A stretch of DNA of 40,297 nucleotides from the NCBI GenBank assembly GCA_000388065.2, contig KB932203.1; one strand, written 5' to 3'. The position numbers were made by a program, and so were the translations under genes. The notes under the pieces are model-generated. The model saw only the letters and a program-made list of their open reading frames with translations. It did not search any database and was not told the DNA's origin. The DNA is from Fonticula alba ATCC 38817 (taxonomy: Eukaryota > Protista > Nucleariida). Positions 32,174-40,297 of this stretch are shown here, one piece after another (the first letter of the stretch is position 1; every line of letters starts with the position of its first letter).

Positions 32174-32418
32174 GGGGGGGGGCGGGGGGTCCACGCGAGG
32201 GCGAAGGGTGGGAGGGCATTTGTTGCCCGCTTAGCCCCCTGTCTTTCTCCCGGGGCGGGGCACAGGGAGAGAGAGAGAGAGAGAGGTGGCGGCGGCGACG
32301 GCGGCGAGGGGCAGGCGCAAGATCGACTGGCGGCGAGGATGGCGGGCCACGCGTCCAGCCGTGTCTGCCAATCCCCCCCCCCCTGCTCCACCTCGCACAC
32401 GCTGGTCCCGCGGCGGCA

Positions 32419-35400
32419 TCAGGAGGCCACCTGGTCTAGCACCGGCACATCCGGGCACCAGGTGCCCAGCCAGCCGGGCAGTCGGCCCGCGTGGACTTCA
32501 CGCGCGATCAGGACCTCTCGGCACCGGAGCAGCCACCGAGCGTCGGCCAGGGACAGGCGCGGCCGAGCGCCCAGCCCGGCCCCGGGCAGGTACGCATGCA
32601 GGTCGACGCCGGAGGCGGCGCGCGACAGCGGCCGCGGAGACCGCGGCGACCCGGGCGCCGAAGCCCATCCCGACCCGGGGGAGGGCGACGGCATGCCCCC
32701 GGCGGGGCTGGCGATGCCAGCCGCCGGCAGGGCATCCAGGAAGATGGCACCCGGATCGACGCCCGCCGGCGGGTCAGCCGGGAGGTCCGGTGCCAGGGGC
32801 GACCGCGGCGACACGTCCACCTTCTCCATGCCGGCGGGGCCGAAGGGAATCGGCGCAAGGACCGGCGAGGGGCCATTGGCCATGCCGGCCGTCCCTCCGC
32901 CGTGGGGGGCCATTTGGCGGCCCTCCTCCAGGACGGCCTCCGGCAGCAGGCCATTGTCCGGGAAGACCACCGCCGGGGAGAACATCCGCCAAAGGCTCCG
33001 CTCGGAGATGGCCACCACCAGGGCCAGGCCGTCCAGGCCGTCCAGCAGCCAGCCCAGGCGCCCCAGGGCCCCGGTCGAGTCGACGCACTTGCTCAGCGCC
33101 ACGGCCAGCTGCCCCGGGGCCCAGTGCAGCATGGACCCGGCCGGCACTTGGGCCAACGACAGCCGGGGATTGGCCACCAGCGAGGCCAGCAGCATGGCCC
33201 GGCTGGCCTGGCCGATGGACACCTGCCGGTGCCAGTACCAGCACAGCGAGGCGGGCCCCTGGATGCGCCCGGCGAAGTCGCCTGGCGTGAGGCCCGTCAG
33301 CAGGGCCAGGCGCGCGGCCTCCGGCAGGCCGACATCCAGCAGCCACCCGGCCAGCAGGGCCGGCAGTCGCGAGAGAGAGCGATGCGCGAAGAAGTCGATG
33401 TATGTCATGGCCGGTGTCAGGGCCCCGGCGTCGGTGAGGATGCGTAGATCGTGTTGCCGGACGCCGGCGCCGGCGGTGGCGACGCAATCCCCAAGCACAT
33501 CCGCCCCTCGGGGCTGCTTGGCCACCGGCGGGTCGTCCTGTGGGGAAGCAAGCCCGGCATCAGTGCCTCCTGGCAGGGCGGCCAGCAGGCGCATGCGCTC
33601 CGGTGTCAGGGCCGCCTCGGCGGCTTCCAGTTCATGTAGCATGGCGCCCAGCGCGTCCAGTGCATCGCGCCGGGCGATGAACGCCTGTGTGTCGGTAGCC
33701 AGGTGGAAGTATGACAGGCCTGGGCGACCGCGCGAGGAGGGGGCATCATATGTGTGTGTGTGTGTGTGTGTGTGTAGAGGTGTGTCAGGCATGCATGTGC
33801 GTGCGCGTGTGCGTGTGCGTGTGCACGAGTCAGCGCAGCACACAGGCAGGTGCACAGGAAGCAGCCAGGAGCCAAAGCAGGGGGCATCGAAGGGGGAGGG
33901 GGGGGGGGAGATAGGAACGCACGAGTGAACCCCCGGTAGAAAAGGACCTCCTCCAGCTCGGTCAGGCAGGCGTCCAGCGAGGTGTCGGCCGCGTGCCCGG
34001 CACCGGGGCACAGACAGAAGGCCACCCCGGCGTTGGAGGTGATCCGGGTCAGGACCGGCGGGTGCGCCAGAGCCGAGGCCGGATCGAAGTTGAAGGAGTT
34101 GTACACGCGATCGAACAAGTCGGCCACACGGGCCCGGCGGTGGACCAGCTGCCCGGGCAGGGTGGCGGCCAGGGTGTGGTCGTTGTCTGCGCGCCGAGGG
34201 GGGATGGTTTTGGATGGGACATTCAAAGAGGGAGAGAGAGAGAGAGAGAGGGCAAGAGTCGAGTCAGGAGCAGGCCCCCAAGCGGCAGCAGCCAAGCACC
34301 CGTGTCGGCCCGTGCAGCGAGGCGCCGGCAAAGGAGGTTCCCCCCCCCCCCCCCCCCTGCCCTCCTACGAGACCCGGACACACGCACCGGACAAGTTGCA
34401 GAAGGCAGCCCGGGCGCGCAGGTGCGCGGCCACCTGTGTCCGGACCACCTCGCCGGTGATGGGCCCCGGCATGTCCGGCAGGACGATGTCCGTCAGCGAG
34501 GCATAGCGGGCCAGCAGGGCCAGCAGGGCCCGGGCGCCGGCCGGCGTGAAGCGATTGCGCCCGAGGCTCACCCGGGTCAGGGAGGCCGCTCGCGGGGCCA
34601 GCACCTCCACCAGGCCGGCGGTCAGCAGGTCGCCCAGCTGCCCGGCGCGGATCTGGAAGGCCGTCAGCCCCGGGGCCCGGGCCAGCAGGTGCGCCAGCGC
34701 CCGGACCGTGCCCGAGGACAGGCCATTCTCCCCCAGGTGGAAGGCCTCCAGCCGGACCGGCGCCGCCAGGGCCGCGTCCGCCTCCGGGCCGGCGGCCAGG
34801 GCCAGCTCCCCGAGGCAGGCCCCGGGCCGGTGGCCAGCGGCCAGGTCGGCCCCGCCGCGCTCCTGCCCGGCCAGCAGCAGCCCGGCCAGCAGCAGGGCCA
34901 CATCCCCCGGGGCAAAGCCATTGCGCCCGAGGACGAAGCACCGCAGCCCCGGGGCCAAGCGCAGCAGGCGCTCGAAGGCCGCCACCGCCGGCGCCTCGGC
35001 CAGGACCCCGCGCCCGAGGAAGAGCTCGGCCAATTGGGCCAGGCGGCCGACGGCCGCCGGGGCCAGCCGCGCCGCCGGGTCCAAGTGCAGCGCACGCAGG
35101 CGCGAAGCGCTGCCCACCCGCAGGACCCCCACCAGGGCGGTCTCCTGGGCCGCGGTCGCTTGGGCCAGCGTCCCGCCCAGGAACAGGGCCTTGAGGGAGA
35201 CATTGCCGGCGAGGGCGGCCCAGAAGGCGCGCGCGGCGGCCATCGCCGCCGGCGGGGCCACCCCCGAGCAGGGGCCCACATACCGCCGGCCCAGGCGGCC
35301 CTCCAGCAGGGCCTCCCGCGCCAGGGCCCCGGAGCACGAGTGCCCATGCAGGTGCAAGTCCCGCAGGGAGATATTCCGCCCGAGGGCCTCGGCCGCCGCC

Positions 35401-36968
35401 AGGGCCAGCGGCCCCTCCAGCCCCGACAGGAAGACCCGCCGCAGGGATGACCGCAGGAGGATGGCATCGACCAGGGCCTCGGCCGGGTGCTCCTGCGCCG
35501 GCAGCTCCAGGCACAGGTGCCCGAGGGCGCGGGACGCCGGCCGGCGCTGGAGCAGGTCCAGCAGCCCGGCCAGGGCCCGGGAGCTGGAGCGCCCGGCACG
35601 CAGGGCCAGCACCCGGAGCCCGGCCGGGCCCTGGGCCGCCAGCGCCCCGGCCAGCTGCCGGCCCAGCTCCGGATCCAAGATCACACAGTCGCCATCGCTG
35701 CGGCCGGCCAGGGACAGGTGCAGCAGCCGGCCCTGGCAGATGGCCAATGCCCCGGCCAGCAGGCACCCGGCCATCGGGTCCAGGCGCACGGCGCCCAGGC
35801 GCAGGGTGCGCAGCTCGGCCCCGGCATCGAGCCCGGCCGCCAGGCAATTCAACGACCCGCCAGCGTGAAGAGCCCCCCCGGGGAGGGCCACCGTGGCCAG
35901 ATGCCGGTGCCGGGCCACGGCACGCAGGAAGACCCCCACATGCGGGTCATCGGCTTCGGCCGGATGGCCGGCCGGGTGGGTGGCCGGCCGGTGCGAGCAG
36001 GCGCCCGGGCCCCGGGCAGGACCGGCGCCCGGCGGCTGGCCCTCCAGGCGCAGGTGGCTGGTCTGCCCCCGGCGAAGCACCGGGGCCAGGGCCACGCGCG
36101 CGCCCTCCGCCGTCAGGCCCAGGTGCGCCAGCCAGACGCACCGGAGCGGCAAGGCGGCGCCGCCGGCGCCGGGCCCCGCCATGTCCGCCACCGGGCCCGG
36201 GCGATCGACCATGGCCCGGCACACGGCCGACAGCCCGGGCCCGCGGAGGCCGCGCTCGGCCAGCACCAACGACCGGAGGTCCGCCCGGGAGCGCAGGGCC
36301 GCCAGCAAATCCTCCAGCCCGGAGTGCCCGGCCCCCGGGGTCAAGGCCCCGGGGCCGGCGTCGATCACCAGCTCGGCCAGGCCCGACGCGCCGACATGCT
36401 GGAAAAGCCGGGTCGCGGCCTCCGGCGTCAGGCCGGCCCCTTCGCCCAGCACCAGGCACCGGAGGTCCTGGCCTCGGGCCGACGCCAGCAGGCTCAGCAG
36501 CGCGTGCAGCCCCTCCGGGCCCAGGTCATTCCCCGGGCCGATGTACAGGAAGGGGATGAGGCACCGCCGGGTGAGCTCCGGCAGGGGGTCCGCCTCCGGG
36601 GGCCCGGCCGGCCGGCGCGCCGCCCTGGCCAGGTCGCCGGATCGCGCGTGCATCTGCCGGGTGCGCGGGCAGAAGACCGCGCTGAAGCAGGGCCCGTCGA
36701 CCGGGACCCCGGCCAGCGAGCCGACCATGGCCGGCGGGGCCCCGGGCGAGATGCCCCCGGCCGAGAGCGGGCTCGCCGGCATCAGGGCCCCGGACCCCAG
36801 CAGCAGCGCCGCATAGTCCTGGGCCGTGCGCGTCAGCACATCGTCCAGCAGGGCCGGATCGGCCACATCATCCAGCGTGGCGCCCGGGGGGATGGCCCGC
36901 GGCCGGGCGGCCGCCTGGCCGAGAAAGCCCCGCAGCTCCGAGGCCGCGGTCGCGTCGTCGGAGCTCAT
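32419..36968 (-). CDS. Large RNI-like leucine-rich-repeat protein with an uncharacterised C-terminal region (~1381 aa)
   Basis: Exons 36968-34388, 34186-33923 and 33719-32419. Both introns have GTGCGT...CAG and phase 1, joining three ORFs of the track into one frame. LRR units include LRCLVLGEGAGLT, LRSLVLAERGL, LRDLHLHGHSC, LRCFVLGRNGF, LEAFHLGENGL and LTRVSLGRNRF. The start codon is inferred. Confidence 0.75.
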
Positions 36969-39106
36969 GTGCGAGGGAGGGCGCGGCGCGCGGGCGTATG
37001 TGCGCGCGTGTGGTCGTTGGTGCAAGAGGGGGAATGTGTGTGTGTGCGGAGGGAAGGAAGAGAAGATGTGTGCGCGCGCGTGCGTGCAGCGAGGGGGCGG
37101 GTGAGCGAGCAAAGGAGAGGAGGAGATGGGAGGGGAGAGGGAGGGAGAGGGAGGGAGAGAGAGAGGAAAGTGCGCGGTGGCCCCCGGCGGCGGGGGCGGA
37201 TCGGGCTGGCCGAAGAAGGCGTCGCCCGCGGCCGGCGATCTGTCGTCTGGCCCCCCTGGGCGGCGGGGCCAGGGGCGCCGGGTCCCCGGGCATGGGCGCG
37301 CTCCGACGCCTGGGCGGGGGGGGGGGGCCGCGCCGGACCCGGGGGGTTGCGCGTGCGCGCGCCCCGGCTACGAGCCGGCCTCGCCGCGGGCCCGCCGCTT
37401 GTGGGGGAATGTGCCGGTGAGCGTCGGCCCACAACGAGGGCGGGGGATCCCTGCTGCCCCGCCGCCCTTCCCCGCGCCCCCGTGCCGGTGCCGGTCTCTG
37501 GCGTGCCCGTAATCCTCGCTTCGATCAGGGGGGGGGGGGGGCGTGGACACCTTCGTACAAGCGACGCGCCCGCGCTCACGGATCCGTCTGGGTGCGCGCG
37601 TGTGTGTGTGTGTGTGTGGTCATGCCCCCGGATCATCGTCTTGTGGCTGGTGCCCATGCCACCGAGAGCGGCCCCNNNNNNNNNNNNNNNNNNNNNNNNN
37701 NNNNNNNNNNNNNNNNNNNNNNNNNNNNNNNNNNNNNNNNNNNNNNNNNNNNNNNNNNNNNNNNNNNNNNNNNNNNNNNNNNNNNNNNNNNNNNNNNNNN
37801 NNNNNNNNNNNNNNNNNNNNNNNNNNNNNNNNNNNNNNNNNNNNNNNNNNNNNNNNNNNNNNNNNNNNNNNNNNNNNNNNNNNNNNNNNNNNNNNNNNNN
37901 NNNNNNNNNNNNNNNNNNNNNNNNNNNNNNNNNNNNNNNNNNNNNNNNNNNNNNNNNNNNNNNNNNNNNNNNNNNNNNNNNNNNNNNNNNNNNNNNNNNN
38001 NNNNNNNNNNNNNNNNNNNNNNNNNNNNNNNNNNNNNNNNNNNNNNNNNNNNNNNNNNNNNNNNNNNNNNNNNNNNNNNNNNNNNNNNNNNNNNNNNNNN
38101 NNNNNNNNNNNNNNNNNNNNNNNNNNNNNNNNNNNNNNNNNNNNNNNNNNNNNNNNNNNNNNNNNNNNNNNNNNNNNNNNNNNNNNNNNNNNNNNNNNNN
38201 NNNNNNNNNNNNNNNNNNNNNNNNNNNNNNNNNNNNNNNNNNNNNNNNNNNNNNNNNNNNNNNNNNNNNNNNNNNNNNNNNNNNNNNNNNNNNNNNNNNN
38301 NNNNNNNNNNNNNNNNNNNNNNNNNNNNNNNNNNNNNNNNNNNNNNNNNNNNNNNNNNNNNNNNNNNNNNNNNNNNNNNNNNNNNNNNNNNNNNNNNNNN
38401 NNNNNNNNNNNNNNNNNNNNNNNNNNNNNNNNNNNNNNNNNNNNNNNNNNNNNNNNNNNNNNNNNNNNNNNNNNNNNNNNNNNNNNNNNNNNNNNNNNNN
38501 NNNNNNNNNNNNNNNNNNNNNNNNNNNNNNNNNNNNNNNNNNNNNNNNNNNNNNNNNNNNNNNNNNNNNNNNNNNNCCCCCCCCCCCTCCCCGCTGTGGG
38601 CGTTCGTCGGTGTCCGTTACAGCGGCGCCCACGGGCGTGTGCCAGCGCGAACGCGAGCGTGCCCGGCATCCCGGCGCGGCTCGGGCGCACGGCCCTTCTC
38701 CGCCCCATGCGTGCGCGCTCACCCAGGTGCCCACCCGCCCCGACGCGCCGGGACGCCGCTCGCCCTCATGGACGAGTCAAGGGAAATCCCTGCCCGTCCC
38801 TGGGCCTGGCGCGCGGCGCCGAAGCTCGCCCCCTCCCCCCCCCCCCACGGGAGCCGCCTTCCATGGAAAGGCTGGTCGTTCCCCGCGTCCCCCGCCTGCC
38901 GGGGACACCAAAGGGATAAGGAACCACGGCGGGACGGGACATTCCGCCGCCCGCCCGCCCCCTTCCTCGGCAACGGGGCCGGTTTGCCGGGCCGACCGGC
39001 CGGAGCAGCGGCACCTCCCCCTGGGGCTATTTTTTCGCGAACGCGCGCGCCCCGTCGGCAGGCTCATCTCCGCCGAATGTTCGCCTGCACAGCGGCTGGG
39101 TGGTGC

Positions 39107-39129
39107 CGCGCGCGCGCGCGCGCGCGCGC
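39107..39129. repeat. (CG)11 perfect alternating repeat
   Basis: cgcgcgcgcgcgcgcgcgcgcgc in the divergent intergenic region. Confidence 0.85.
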
Positions 39130-39786
39130 ACGCACTCGCTCGCACGCTGAGCTCCCAGCCGACGCAGTCAGCTGCCAATCCGCGGCCCCCCCCCGGGCTC
39201 GCCGCCCGGCGCCCGCCCACACCCGGACGCCGAATACCCTCCCCTTGTCGGTTCGTACACGCGGACATGGTTTCCCGGCAGGCCCCGCCGCGGCTGCCCT
39301 CACTCCCAGCCGCAACCCGCGCGAGATGGCAGGCCCTGGGGCCGGGGGGACGCGCCCCTGGCGGAATGCGCGGGCGGCACATTCCGAGCACCAGACCGAA
39401 GACAAGAAGGAATGGTGTTGCCGGATCACAGGGACACTCCCGACCATCCCCCGGGAGCCGCGGTCCACATGATACTCCGTTGGATGTTTGTCTTTCCCGC
39501 CCCCTCCGCGATCTAGCACCCCCCCGCCCGGCTTCGGGACGCCGCGCCGGAGGCTCTCCGCCGCCGGTCAGTGCGACCGCGCGACCTTCACCGGGTGTGT
39601 TTTCTTCGTCGCTTTTTTTTTTTTTTTGCAGCCAGCTTCACGATCTGCCGGCTGGCCAGCCGCATCAGTTTCCCGTCCCTCCTCCTCCTCCTCCTCCTCT
39701 GCCTCTGCCTCCGCCTCCGCCGCCGCCTCTTCCTCCCCCTCCTTCCCTTCCTCGCCGACTCGTGCCCCTACCGCCCTCCCCCAGCC

Positions 39787-40151
39787 ATGATGAGCCCATC
39801 CTCGGTGGCGGCGGTCCCCGGCCCGCACGGCCACGGCTCACGAGCATCCCCCGCAACGGCGCCGGTGCAAGGGGCCCAGCGCCTGCTGGCCAGCCACACG
39901 GCCACACGGCTGCCGGAATTTGCGCAGCTCTGCCTCGGGTGTCACGAGCAGCTGCAGAGCGTCTTCAATGGCAACCACATCAAGTCGTCGGCCGGGACCG
40001 GTGGTCCGCCGACGGCCGCCGGGGCCGACGCCCTGCACGATGCGGCGCTGCCGGCCCTCGGCCAGTGCCTGCAGGCCCTGCGCGACGTGTGGGCCATCCT
40101 CTGCTCGCACACGGCCCCGCCCGCGCTGCCCGACTTCCTGGTCCGGTCCCT
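39787..40151 (+). CDS. First visible coding exon of an unidentified protein (continues beyond the right edge)
   Basis: The open frame MMSPSSVAAVPG...RLPEFAQLCLGCHEQLQSVFNGNHIK...LPALGQCLQALRDVWAILCSHTAPPALPDFLVRS has coding-like codon use (C/G third positions). It ends at a consensus GTGCGT donor (40152) followed by C-rich intron-like sequence. Confidence 0.6.
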
Positions 40152-40297
40152 GTGCGTGCCCTGCGGCCTGGCCGGGCGACACCGCTGCCCACTTTTGCCC
40201 CCGCCATTTCCCATCCCACCGGCGGTGTCGCCGCGCATTGGATCGACTGCTGTGCCGGCCCGACTTCCCCCCTCCCCCTCACCCGCCCCCCACCTCC

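Larger units (their letters stand above)
3201..38576. other. Eight scaffold gaps (N runs)
   Basis: 3201-3261, 4172-4333, 6342-6753, 10459-10823, 14700-14873, 22384-22707, 28479-29274 and ~37677-38576. Gap lengths are estimates; the golgin reading frame does not match across its gap. Confidence 0.98.

Noticed and set aside
32419-34331. Treating ORFs 32419-34011, 33606-34331 and 34365-37112 as separate genes
   Set aside because: Consensus donors and acceptors with matching phases join them; the ORF-track starts lie inside microsatellite-containing introns or upstream non-coding sequence.
1-40297. tRNA, rRNA, snRNA, CRISPR arrays, transposase or reverse-transcriptase ORFs
   Set aside because: No T-loop/D-loop consensus, rRNA signature, repeat-spacer array or mobile-element motif was seen by eye; the gaps could still hide small elements.

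Overview
Eukaryotic genomic scaffold segment: very GC-rich, intron-rich, with 8 assembly gaps. The gene set and compositional style suggest an opisthokont protist such as Fonticula alba (inference only). I hand-built spliced models for 10 protein genes: NOT3 (-, partial), LMBRD2-like (+), GRIP-domain golgin (+), ABHD18/DUF2048 hydrolase (+), COG2 (-), ETFA (+), TAF3/TAF8-type histone-fold protein (-), eIF5 (+), a ~1381-aa RNI-like LRR protein with an unrecognised C-terminal region (-), and the first coding exon of an unidentified gene (+). I found no supportable RNA gene, transposon or CRISPR array. The strongest oddities are: (1) an eIF5 that keeps its GAP residues but stops at 222 aa with no W2/HEAT domain, preceded by a candidate splice-created, weak-context overlapping uORF; (2) a GTGCGT-type 5' splice-site consensus (+4C in 34 of 36 donors, no GTRAGT) with C-rich introns; (3) an 8-residue-periodic repeat inside the golgin coiled coil; (4) an LRR fusion to an unknown domain. 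All exon boundaries are manual calls and need RNA-seq confirmation.
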